From a virus (lineage: Duplodnaviria; Caudoviricetes), in IMG/VR virus record IMGVR_UViG_3300027985_000172, positions 1-53,773 of that record: 53,773 bases of DNA, one strand, 5' to 3'. The notes beneath the pieces were generated by a model that searched no databases, was not told the DNA's origin, and saw nothing but the letters and a program-made list of their open reading frames with translations. Each line of letters begins with the position of its first letter. Position 1 is the stretch's first letter. A program made the position numbers and the translations under genes. Positions 37,191 to 45,339 of this stretch are shown in pieces.

Positions 37191-38356
37191 AGCACAAATG
37201 AGATGGTATCACCTTTGTAGAACACTTCGTCTGCGTATGGTAGGTTTTCTTCGAAGACTGCGAGACCATCATACATGACAACCCCGCCGCCACAAGAGTA
37301 GTTTGCAAAAGTGTTGTCCTCAACTTTGATGTAAGTGTGGCCCTGCGTCTTGAAAGCTACCACTTCCCGCTCAGGTTCCTTCGGAGTTTCTTCAGGTTTA
37401 ACCCGATAGTATACATAAGAGCCCCAAGTAGGAACGCCGAGAGTGTCTAGCCAACCAAGACTCGGATCACCAGAGTATTCAATAGTCTTTACTTCGTGAT
37501 GTGCAAGAAGGAGGGCACCTTTTTCTTCAGGAGACATTTCTCCCCACGTTTTGTAAGTCATTTGATCTTCCTCCACAAGCTCTAGTTCACTTTCGTAGTG
37601 TGAATATGCCCAGGTATTTTCATTGTTATCATCAATAACTACCCCGTAAAGGATTGGTTCAGGATAAAAAACCTCAGTGATTGTCCCTTCTTTACCACAA
37701 AAGGGGTAAGAGTTGTTTACAGAAACAACACGATCACCAACCTTAAATTTAGTCATTTTAATTTTCTCTTCAGCAGGTTCCACAAGACGATAGTCAGTTT
37801 CCTCATGATCCCACAAGAGAATATAGCCACCATCATTATGACAAGCCTTAGTCATTTCTTCATTGATGGTGTAAGCACGCTCTTGCCACTCTGGCTTGTC
37901 ACCCCACTTATCTTTCTTCCACTTCCAGTTAATTTTATCACCGGGTTTGAAGGTAGTAATTATTTCGTCATCAACGTAGGGGTCCAACCAAGAAATCTCC
38001 GCTCCCAATGGGGTATCTTCATTAGACCAAAGAACTAGCGCCTCATTGTTATAAATCCCCGTAATCACACCAATACTTCCCTTACGGTGACTATACCCAT
38101 GAAGGTTACCAACCACTTTATCACCAACTTTGAATTTACTCATATTAGTTTCCTTTTCATTAAGGTTTACCAAAGAGATTTCACTTGACCAACAAGAGTA
38201 TGACCTCTTACAGTTATCCCATAGCACCCTACAAGAAACTTCATTAATTTCTTCTGTAATATTTCCAAGTTCTACTGGGCAACCTTTAAATTGTCCTTCC
38301 TCTTGTTCATACCCACTACTAATATTCTTTACCCGGTCCCCAACTTTAAACATCAT
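37187..38356 (-). CDS. Multi-domain protein with tandem FKVGD (SH3/KOW-like) modules
   Basis: FKVGDRV, FKVGDKV, FKPGDKI and FKVGDRV repeats. Confidence 0.7.
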   Translation of the reverse strand: MMFKVGDRVKNISSGYEQEEGQFKGCPVELGNITEEINEVSCRVLWDNCKRSYSCWSSEISLVNLNEKETNMSKFKVGDKVVGNLHGYSHRKGSIGVITGIYNNEALVLWSNEDTPLGAEISWLDPYVDDEIITTFKPGDKINWKWKKDKWGDKPEWQERAYTINEEMTKACHNDGGYILLWDHEETDYRLVEPAEEKIKMTKFKVGDRVVSVNNSYPFCGKEGTITEVFYPEPILYGVVIDDNNENTWAYSHYESELELVEEDQMTYKTWGEMSPEEKGALLLAHHEVKTIEYSGDPSLGWLDTLGVPTWGSYVYYRVKPEETPKEPEREVVAFKTQGHTYIKVEDNTFANYSCGGGVVMYDGLAVFEENLPYADEVFYKGDTISFVL

Positions 38357-38537
38357 CTTTTCCTTTCATATAAGAATCACAATCTTCAGAGAAGTCAGAA
38401 AAAGCAATAGGAGGTTCACCAGAGCAACCTTCCCACCAACGTTTAGCCCCTTCTCGTTGTTCCCCACCGAAATAGCGCCAGCATTCCTTGTTGATACAAT
38501 TGCTATTGCAGAAGGTTCTATCTTTGTAGCAAATCAT
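38346..38537 (-). CDS. Small Cys-rich protein (MICYKDRTFC...)
   Basis: CYKD.TFC...C....C.R. Confidence 0.55.
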   Translation of the reverse strand: MICYKDRTFCNSNCINKECWRYFGGEQREGAKRWWEGCSGEPPIAFSDFSEDCDSYMKGKDDV

Positions 38538-38592
38538 TTCTGTTCTCCCATTTGGCGAGGGCTTTCCGGGCAATTTGCTTGTCGAAAACGCA

Positions 38593-39075
38593 TCATTGGC
38601 ATTGTTGTGCTCCGAGGTTGACTGCGTCTACGCCAGTAATCCACGTCATGGTGCTATTGTGTGCTGGCCCAGCAAGATACCAGTCGGCCATGCGCTGCGG
38701 GTAGTAATTTGCGATGGCTTGCGACCACCATTCTACGGTGTAAGGCCCGCGGTGAATAGTCGGTGCGTGGAAGCCGAGTCTGGCTCCAGGATAGACGCAG
38801 CCGACCGCGAGAAGCATCGTGCAGGCGCTTGCGCACACACCTCTAATTTCGACACGCTCGCCTGTCAGGATCATGCGATTGATCTTGTTCCCGCGCACCC
38901 CGACATCTCCGCCAAGATCTATGTGGACGGTGTGAGATTGTGCGTAGGCGGAGATCGGCAGGATCGCGAGCGCAGCGGCGATGATGATGGATTTCATTCC
39001 GCGCATCGTTTCTGTGATAAACTGAGGTGTAGTTTTCTCAATCACCGCTATGCTAGTGTTGATCTTGTCAGTCAT
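38593..39075 (-). CDS. Exported ClpP/crotonase-like-fold protein, GC-rich and host-like
   Basis: Signal peptide MKSIIIAAALAILPISAYA; D.GG, IRGVCASACT and ARLGFH motifs. Confidence 0.65.
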   Translation of the reverse strand: MTDKINTSIAVIEKTTPQFITETMRGMKSIIIAAALAILPISAYAQSHTVHIDLGGDVGVRGNKINRMILTGERVEIRGVCASACTMLLAVGCVYPGARLGFHAPTIHRGPYTVEWWSQAIANYYPQRMADWYLAGPAHNSTMTWITGVDAVNLGAQQCQ

Positions 39076-39596
39076 TTCTGTTCCCATTCATACAGAATAC
39101 TTTTCATTTTACCAGTAGCTTTGGTTAGAAGTTTACTAGCCTTGCTTTGTGTGATTCCCAACACCTTCGCTACCTCCCCTACCTTATAGCCACCCTTTAC
39201 AGTCATTGTCAAGAGGGTTGCTTCCTCGTAAGGGAATGTTTTCTCAATATAGGACCATAGTTGTTCATCCCCTGTAAGCCCCTCTGAGGGCCTTTCCTCT
39301 GCTAGGCCGTAGGGGTCCACCCACAAGCCCTCTTCGGCCTCTAGCCCCTCTTGTATGGCCTCCTGAAGGGCCTTCCTATTCTCTAGGGTTGGGGGAACCT
39401 GCACAAGCTTGTTACGGAAGTTAACCCATTCATACATGTGGCGTCTAGCCTTACCAAAAAGGGCCTCCTTGTTTGTTCCTTTCTTTAGTTCTTCTAGGAG
39501 GTAACAGAAGCATTCCTGTTGAATATCTTCATAGTCAGGATTCTTTCGGTATTTCTTGCTGATACCTTTTGCCAAGATTAATAGGTCTTTAGGCAT
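39072..39596 (-). CDS. ECF-type sigma factor-like protein
   Basis: Region 2-like YEDIQQEC...LLE; region 4 HTH GYKVGEVAKVLGITQSKASKLL..A..KMK. Confidence 0.7.
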   Translation of the reverse strand: MPKDLLILAKGISKKYRKNPDYEDIQQECFCYLLEELKKGTNKEALFGKARRHMYEWVNFRNKLVQVPPTLENRKALQEAIQEGLEAEEGLWVDPYGLAEERPSEGLTGDEQLWSYIEKTFPYEEATLLTMTVKGGYKVGEVAKVLGITQSKASKLLTKATGKMKSILYEWEQK

Positions 39597-39876
39597 AAGT
39601 GGTATTCCAATACACGTTCTCAAGAATTTCAATAGCCCGATTAATCATTTCTTTAGTAGGCTCTACCTCAAGCCAATCATCTACAATGTCGTCCCAATAG
39701 GTAAATTCCATGTCACAGAAGGTAGGTTGGGTGTCTTCTTGCATGTAATCAGGGAGGTCTGACCAATATTCATTATCAACGATTCCATGTTCTGCAAGCA
39801 TAGCTACACAACCATAGTCTACACCATTGATGTTAAACTCAATATCATATTGATACATGTCTTTTTCCATTTTCAT
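39589..39876 (-). CDS. Acidic hypothetical protein
   Basis: AAGGAG RBS before MKMEKD. Confidence 0.55.
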   Translation of the reverse strand: MKMEKDMYQYDIEFNINGVDYGCVAMLAEHGIVDNEYWSDLPDYMQEDTQPTFCDMEFTYWDDIVDDWLEVEPTKEMINRAIEILENVYWNTTYA

Positions 39877-40055
39877 TTCTCCTTCTTCACAATGTAAAGC
39901 CCCATTCGTGCATAGCGTAGCACACTGTAACCTGCTGAACAAGCCCCAACTCCCTCATATTGTTGGTATTCCAAGAGGGCTTTTTCTGCTTGTTCCATGA
40001 TATGTTCTTGACGCTCTTTTGGCAGTTTTGCTAAATATTCATTAATCGTTACCAT
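39873..40055 (-). CDS. Small protein resembling an antitoxin N-terminal helix
   Basis: MVTINEYLAKLPKERQEHIMEQAE. Confidence 0.45.
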   Translation of the reverse strand: MVTINEYLAKLPKERQEHIMEQAEKALLEYQQYEGVGACSAGYSVLRYARMGLYIVKKEK

Positions 40056-40208
40056 AAGAATTCCCATCAGCTTTATTCAATTGTTGCACCAAGTAGTCTG
40101 CCACCTGCTTCTCTACCACCTGACACATGACTAGCTCTTGTCCATCTGGTGTTTTATATGAGACAAACCAATTCCCAAAGGCGTCTTGAAAAGAGCTATA
40201 CATCTTAA

Positions 40209-40628
40209 TTACCCCCAGTTCCGACTTACTTCACGAACTGTTTCAATCCCGTCATATTCATCAATTTCCCATTGAACATCATCAGGAATTTCCACAACCT
40301 TAATTTTTGCACAGCTTCCATTAGCTTTCTCACCAAGATTTTCTACTACTGCAATCCAGTCTGCATCAGCCCGATCATCTGGACGAGTATCAATAGTGTT
40401 TTCTTTATATAATTTATTCGATTTGCGACGGTCTTCAATACTAGCAGCATACCAAGCAGCACCGCGAAGATAACCGTCGCGCTTATCTTCTGGAATTGTC
40501 CAATATGTTTTCATAGTAAACTCATGGTTTTCTGGATAGATAGACAACCCCTTACGTTTAGCATAAGCATATACAGCTTCCTCTGAAATAGAGAAACCAC
40601 CATAGCAAGTGTTAATCATCACCTTCAT
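40209..40628 (-). CDS. Conserved phage hypothetical protein
   Basis: MKVMINTCYGGFS.S..A ... VVE.LG.KANG...KVVEIPDDV.W.IDEYDG.E pattern. Confidence 0.75.
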   Translation of the reverse strand: MKVMINTCYGGFSISEEAVYAYAKRKGLSIYPENHEFTMKTYWTIPEDKRDGYLRGAAWYAASIEDRRKSNKLYKENTIDTRPDDRADADWIAVVENLGEKANGSCAKIKVVEIPDDVQWEIDEYDGIETVREVSRNWG

Positions 40629-40637
40629 TGTTCTTCC

Positions 40638-40862
40638 TCACACAATAGAAATTACAGAATCAAGACGAAAAGCTTTCCAGTCTCCGGTGTTCACTTCCCT
40701 TACAGCACAAGCACTTTCCACTTTAGCCTGCCCTGCCACGGGAGGTTCCATCCACCCATGAAGAACACGTTCGGTTCCGTCTTTCTTGAGGAAGACAACA
40801 GTGAAGCTACGGTTGTAGCCAATGGTGTTTAGCTTCTTCTGCACTTCTTGTTTAGTTAGCAT
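40638..40862 (-). CDS. WYL_2 / Sm-like SH3 beta-barrel protein
   Basis: FTVVFLKKDGTER....; WKAFRLDSV. Confidence 0.7.
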   Translation of the reverse strand: MLTKQEVQKKLNTIGYNRSFTVVFLKKDGTERVLHGWMEPPVAGQAKVESACAVREVNTGDWKAFRLDSVISIV

Positions 40863-40957
40863 TTGTCATACCCCTCAATGAAGCAAGCAATATCTGTGGT
40901 GATTTCTGTCTTTTGGAATACTTCAACTGGGTAGTCATAAGATTTCTTCATAATTTG

Positions 40958-41260
40958 TTACCCATTCCATTCTGTATCAATGTTACCAAGTATGTCAATT
41001 ACATCTTTCATTACAGTTTCAGGTCTAGTATCACCGTAACCACTTACGTATATCTGCAACACATCAGTAGCATCTGCAATTTTATTACAAATTTCTCCTA
41101 GGTGTTTTTCCAGTGCATCGTTGTTTTCTTTGTCGAACACATAGTCTTCCATGTCATATAGAATCTCTGCAATATCTGGAAACAAGTTACGCAAGGTGTC
41201 CCAATCATGTTTGGTGTAATTAGTGATGGGACCACTAAGTTTTACTGATTGTAGGTTCAT
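40958..41260 (-). CDS. Hypothetical protein
   Basis: AAGGA RBS before MNLQ. Confidence 0.55.
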   Translation of the reverse strand: MNLQSVKLSGPITNYTKHDWDTLRNLFPDIAEILYDMEDYVFDKENNDALEKHLGEICNKIADATDVLQIYVSGYGDTRPETVMKDVIDILGNIDTEWNG

Positions 41261-41274
41261 TTTAGGTTTTCCTT

Positions 41275-41424
41275 TCAAAATGGTGGCTCTTCCCAACGAT
41301 CTTTAGGGGTCCACGGGGTGTATTCACTGGTTCCCCTCAGTTCATCTTCTACAATGATTCGTTGCCGCTTGCAAGCGTTTTCTGGTAGGAAATCTCGGAG
41401 GAAGGTAGTTAAGTCATGATTCAT
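41275..41424 (-). CDS. Small hypothetical protein ending EEPPF
   Basis: Probable start MNHD; PF-terminal tail. Confidence 0.45.
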   Translation of the reverse strand: MNHDLTTFLRDFLPENACKRQRIIVEDELRGTSEYTPWTPKDRWEEPPF

Positions 41425-41425
41425 C

Positions 41426-41830
41426 TCAACCCCACTTTCTCTTAATTTCCTGCTTAATCTGTGCAAGATGTTTCACATTAGTGTATGGATAGTAACAATG
41501 GTTCTTCACTTCTTCCTCATTAACCATAATCAATGTAGGACCAATGTAGCAATCCCGCCACAGCCTGTCCTGACAAGCCCAACCGTGTTCCATGTCTGCA
41601 TGAGTGAGAGAAGCAGCACCAACAACCCCTTTCCTCACCCATAGGACAACCCAAGGACGACGCTTTCCACCAACTACAGTGTGCCAGAAAGTATCTCCTA
41701 CACGAAGTTTTTCCACTCTAATCAAATCACGTTCCGGGTCAATAGTGCGCAACCAAGCAAGAACCTCTCGTTTAGCTACATTTGCGTCTTTCCAATCTTC
41801 CAGACGAGTAATGATGTCTGAAATCTTCAT
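41426..41830 (-). CDS. Early protein with PemK/MazF-like SH3 fold
   Basis: VGDTFW...GGKRRPWVVL......VGAASLT. Confidence 0.5.
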   Translation of the reverse strand: MKISDIITRLEDWKDANVAKREVLAWLRTIDPERDLIRVEKLRVGDTFWHTVVGGKRRPWVVLWVRKGVVGAASLTHADMEHGWACQDRLWRDCYIGPTLIMVNEEEVKNHCYYPYTNVKHLAQIKQEIKRKWG

Positions 41831-41880
41831 GGCGATTCCCCTTTCATATCAAGCAGTTATCTATGATTCCTATAAATAGG

Positions 41881-41907
41881 AAAAGGCCCACAGTTTCCCG
41901 CAGGGCC
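41881..41907 (-). terminator. Intrinsic terminator
   Basis: On the - strand GGCCCTGCGG-GAAA-CTGTGGGCC followed by TTTT. Confidence 0.7.
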
Positions 41908-42119
41908 AATCCGAGAGACTGTCAAACAATCACACTATTAGAGATTGCAACAGCGCAGTATTTCACGACCACCCTGTCATAGTCATAGATTTCTCGCCCT
42001 TAGCAATCCTCGAAATATGTCTTGACAGTTTTAGGCTCTCGTTCAGTGGTAGTCACAATCACTTCTTGACCATCCGTGTAGTAAATCAGCATGTGTTTAT
42101 CCTTCGTTGCTGTTCGTCT

Positions 42120-42148
42120 TATATAGTTGATTCGTCTTGTGGTGTCAA
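42120..42148 (-). promoter_or_regulatory. Sigma70-type promoter with GANTC in the spacer
   Basis: TTGACA-ccacaagacGAATCaac-TATATA, 17-nt spacer. Confidence 0.75.
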
Positions 42149-42157
42149 CAGGAATTT

Positions 42158-42717
42158 TCAAGGCTCGTCAGGGAAGTTTAGGGTGGCGGAATCACCAAGC
42201 AAGTCCTTGGCTTTCTTGTCATAAGCCCTTGCCGCTTCCTCTGGTGTGTCATGGTAGCCAAGACAATAGGTGACACCATCAAGAGAGATTCTTGCCAAAT
42301 ATTTTCCAGCCATCTTTGAGGCACCACGGAAGCCTGTTGTGCTACACTTATAAGCACCTTTATTTGAGTTGTTTTCTTTTGTGTCACATCCCTTAAATTT
42401 TCAATCCTATGGTCTAGCGAGTTCTTATTAATGTGGTCAATTGTGTGTTTAGGCCAATCCCCATAGTAAAGAAACCAAGCAAGTCTACCACCCATGATTG
42501 ATACAGGGCGACCAAACAGTGTTGGTTTAGTTACAGACATTTTGTAGCCATCCTTGCACACCCATGTTTGTAGGCAACTTTTACCTGCATAATTATCATC
42601 AAAGAAAATACTACCTCTTTGCTTCCAAATAAGTTCTCCTGTTACTGGGTTGTAAGAAATCCTTCTTTTGATTTCATTTTTAATTTCTTCCTGATCAAGA
42701 AAATCTTTAACTTTCAT
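42158..42717 (-). pseudogene. HNH-AP2 homing endonuclease, frameshifted near 42377
   Basis: HNH motif IDHINKNSLDHRIENLR; the AP2 domain (TGFRG..KYLARI...LGYHDTPEEAARAYD...LNFP) is in the -1 frame. Confidence 0.8.
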
Positions 42718-42803
42718 TTTATCCTCTGTAGTTTATGTTTTTACGAGCTATTTTTACGGTGGGTGAGCAATTTTCTCGGTGTATCTCCTTAATTTTACGA
42801 ACA

Positions 42804-42866
42804 ATTTCCACTGTAGGGGGTGCTCGTTATACTCGCTGTGGGTGCTCATTTCCCATTGTAGGGGGT
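42804..42866. repeat. Near-direct repeat ATTTCC(C)A(C/T)TGTAGGGGGT x2, with GGGTGCTC repeats
   Basis: Copies at about 42804-42821 and 42848-42866. Confidence 0.7.
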
Positions 42867-42919
42867 ATCTTATGCAAGACTAAGCCCGTCAAAAACATAT
42901 TCCAATATCTGTGTATAAA

Positions 42920-42972
42920 CATATATTGATATACAGATATTTAGATATTCCCATATATTGATATACAGATAT
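42920..42972. repeat. 21-bp direct repeat CATATATTGATATACAGATAT x2
   Basis: Copies at 42920-42940 and 42952-42972; partial inverted copy at 42905. Confidence 0.85.
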
Positions 42973-43146
42973 CTTCCCCTTTGAATGTAAACCGAATCGT
43001 TCATTTTAAACCCAAGCGAAAAGAAGGCTTGACAGGATCAAACCTGTTTTGTGTGACCTTTATGTCACTGATTCTTATTTGTCCATGTTCGGTGTTTTTT
43101 GCGACAACAGGATGTTGCCCAGCCCGACGAATCGGGGAATGCTTCA

Positions 43147-43175
43147 TAGATACGCGATTCGCTTGCTAGTGTCAA
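43147..43175 (-). promoter_or_regulatory. Sigma70-type promoter with GANTC in the spacer
   Basis: TTGACA-ctagcaagcGAATCgcg-TATCTA, 17-nt spacer. Confidence 0.7.
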
Positions 43176-43312
43176 CCTGTCTTTGGCAATCCGCAATCTG
43201 GCATTGCCGCGTAATGTCCTACACATTACACAAAGGAATCGTGGGCGCGCGATTAGCATAGGCACAAGGAAGTGTCAAGAGAAACAATTTTCGGATTCTA
43301 TCCTCTTTTCTG

Positions 43313-43342
43313 TTTACACACCTGGATTCGATCTGCTATCTA
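43313..43342 (+). promoter_or_regulatory. Sigma70-type promoter for the + strand small-gene cluster
   Basis: TTTACA-cacctgGATTCgatctgc-TATCTA, 18-nt spacer. Confidence 0.55.
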
Positions 43343-43569
43343 TTAGCCATGCCGCGACGGGATATATCCGAAGGGGAGTGGGGCTGGCGGCCCTGCCTAG
43401 GACCAAGACTCACTGAGAGTCACTAACAGGTCAGATATGCACCCTTTACCTTTACCGCTAGAAGCAAGGCCGCGCAGATTGCCCCGCATGCTAACACTAG
43501 CGAAAGGTTTTCTCGGAAAGCTTTAGCAAAGGCTTTCTCAGTAAACCTAACATAAGAAAGGGAAATAAA

Positions 43570-43974
43570 ATGACTGACGAAATCACTTATAGTGCTGTTT
43601 TGCGGCGGATTGAATACAGCGCTAAAGAAATCATCGAGGAGCTTGCACCTTTTCCCAAGGAAAACACGGTTGAAGCTTGGGAGGCTTATCAAGAAGCTCT
43701 TGAATCTTTCTTTGATGATTCCCGTGATATGGCATGGGGGGAAGTCGGAAATTGGGATTGGATGATTTATACGTATCAAGGATTCCTTGTTTACGATTGC
43801 CTCCCTTCTGACCTGCAAACCCAATGCGAGGAGGAATATTGGGAATGTAACGGTGCTGTGAAAGGTGAAAGCCCCTATGAACTCGGCGCTTCAATGGCTT
43901 TTTTTGCTCTTGTGTCCTTGCTGGCTCAAGAGATTGAACGGCAATCTCAGAACCAAATGGAGAATCTTAGCTAA
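43570..43974 (+). CDS. Acidic early protein
   Basis: AAGGG RBS; very Glu/Asp-rich; first gene of the cluster. Confidence 0.7.
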   Translation: MTDEITYSAVLRRIEYSAKEIIEELAPFPKENTVEAWEAYQEALESFFDDSRDMAWGEVGNWDWMIYTYQGFLVYDCLPSDLQTQCEEEYWECNGAVKGESPYELGASMAFFALVSLLAQEIERQSQNQMENLS

Positions 43975-44120
43975 TGTGGGTTGTCAAATTTAGCCCTATT
44001 TTCTCTTTTGGGGATAAAGACAGGCGAGAGTTTGAGACAGAAGAAAAAGCAAAGCAATGGGCGCAAATGTGCGGCTATAGCAAAACCTGCAAAATCGAGG
44101 AAAAGGAAAAGACAGAATGA
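43974..44120 (+). CDS. Small early protein (MWVVKFSPIFSFGDKDRREFETEEKAKQWA...)
   Basis: TAATG and ATGA coupling. Confidence 0.55.
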   Translation: MWVVKFSPIFSFGDKDRREFETEEKAKQWAQMCGYSKTCKIEEKEKTE

Positions 44121-44281
44121 AACTTGCTACCGACTCTAAATGCTACTCCCTCGCAAAAGAAGGACTCGTCTCCATGATCCCCTTTGGCCCGCTTATGTCT
44201 TTGCAAGAAGCCCAACAAATGCGGCAATTCTATGCGGAAATCGGCGAGGAATATTTCGTCGTGAATCTGCAAAGCTTGTGA
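44117..44281 (+). CDS. Small early protein (MKLATDSKCYSLAKEG...)
   Basis: AAGGA RBS; ATGA overlap. Confidence 0.55.
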   Translation: MKLATDSKCYSLAKEGLVSMIPFGPLMSLQEAQQMRQFYAEIGEEYFVVNLQSL

Positions 44282-44316
44282 AACAAGCGCCCCTCCACAG
44301 CCTGTAAGGAAACAAG

Positions 44317-44523
44317 ATGAAAACATATCCCGAAGACAAGGCGGATTTTGTGATCGAAAACAAACCCACCATTACTTTCGTCAGGGCTAAATCACACAAA
44401 GCCAAAAAGGCAATGCCTATTTGGGCGCCAAGTTATGAAAGGGCTATTGCTGCACAAGACACACAAGCCTTAATCGCTTGGCTTTGTGAAAAAGGCTTTA
44501 AGCCTTGCATTAAACTTACCTGA
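44317..44523 (+). CDS. Small early protein
   Basis: TAAGGA RBS. Confidence 0.6.
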   Translation: MKTYPEDKADFVIENKPTITFVRAKSHKAKKAMPIWAPSYERAIAAQDTQALIAWLCEKGFKPCIKLT

Positions 44524-44552
44524 ATCAATCAAACATGAGAGGAAACTGATAA

Positions 44553-44798
44553 ATGACGAATCTGGAAACAATCAAAAAGCAATTGGCTCAAGCTGAAAAG
44601 GCGAAGGCCGAAATGGAAAAGCTGACGCAAGAGGCTGACCAGAAGGTTATCCAAGCGCAAGAGGCTCTGGAACAAGCCAAGCAAGAACGCAGGGGGCTTT
44701 ACGAAAGCCTTGGGCTTAGTGTCCATAAAGGCCGCCCCAAAGGTTCCAAGAACAAGCCGAAACAGGACGTTGAAACGCCCCCTAGCGAAGAGGCTTAA
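44553..44798 (+). CDS. Coiled-coil protein with AT-hook (KGRPKGSKNKPK)
   Basis: GAGG RBS; heptad repeat; AT-hook motif. Confidence 0.65.
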   Translation: MTNLETIKKQLAQAEKAKAEMEKLTQEADQKVIQAQEALEQAKQERRGLYESLGLSVHKGRPKGSKNKPKQDVETPPSEEA

Positions 44799-44876
44799 TG
44801 TGTCTTTATTGGTTAGCCTTTAGGGGATTCCTTTAGGCTAACTAGACAAATGCACATACAAGAAAAGGGAAAGAAG

Positions 44877-45098
44877 ATGAAACCGACTCCTAGCCTTTGT
44901 CAGCTTATCAAGCCTTGTGAATATGTATTTCAGCGTGGAATCAAGGCATATGAAAGGGCGGAAACTCTTATTGATGAATACATCAGCGAAAGCGAAATTA
45001 GCTTTTGTGAGAATCCTAGGGTGCAAGGATATGGAAAGGGCAAGGAACGGCGTTATGCAATTGTTCTAACAGATACCAACCTGATTCAATATCTGTGA
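44877..45098 (+). CDS. Small early protein
   Basis: AAGGG RBS before MKPTPS. Confidence 0.55.
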   Translation: MKPTPSLCQLIKPCEYVFQRGIKAYERAETLIDEYISESEISFCENPRVQGYGKGKERRYAIVLTDTNLIQYL

Positions 45099-45111
45099 AA
45101 GGAAAGACAGA

Positions 45112-45339
45112 ATGAAATTAGCAGTTTGTGATAATGTGGAAAGCCTTGTTGAATACCTCACAAGGGAAGGTTGGTTTTTCGAGGGTTCCGACGATGCAGG
45201 GCAGTTCTGGAATCACCCTATTAGCGGGGCTGAAGTTGTCTTGGACTATGGCCCGGATGGTGAGGGACGGCTTAGGCTTGATGGGGTATCCCACTGTGAG
45301 GTTGCCCAGATGGGGGCGTATGTTGTGGGGTATGCCTAA
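45112..45339 (+). CDS. Small early protein
   Basis: AAGGA RBS. Confidence 0.6.
   Translation: MKLAVCDNVESLVEYLTREGWFFEGSDDAGQFWNHPISGAEVVLDYGPDGEGRLRLDGVSHCEVAQMGAYVVGYA

Noticed and set aside
38575-39189. 204-aa + strand ORF
   Set aside because: Antisense shadow of the GC-rich exported-protein gene
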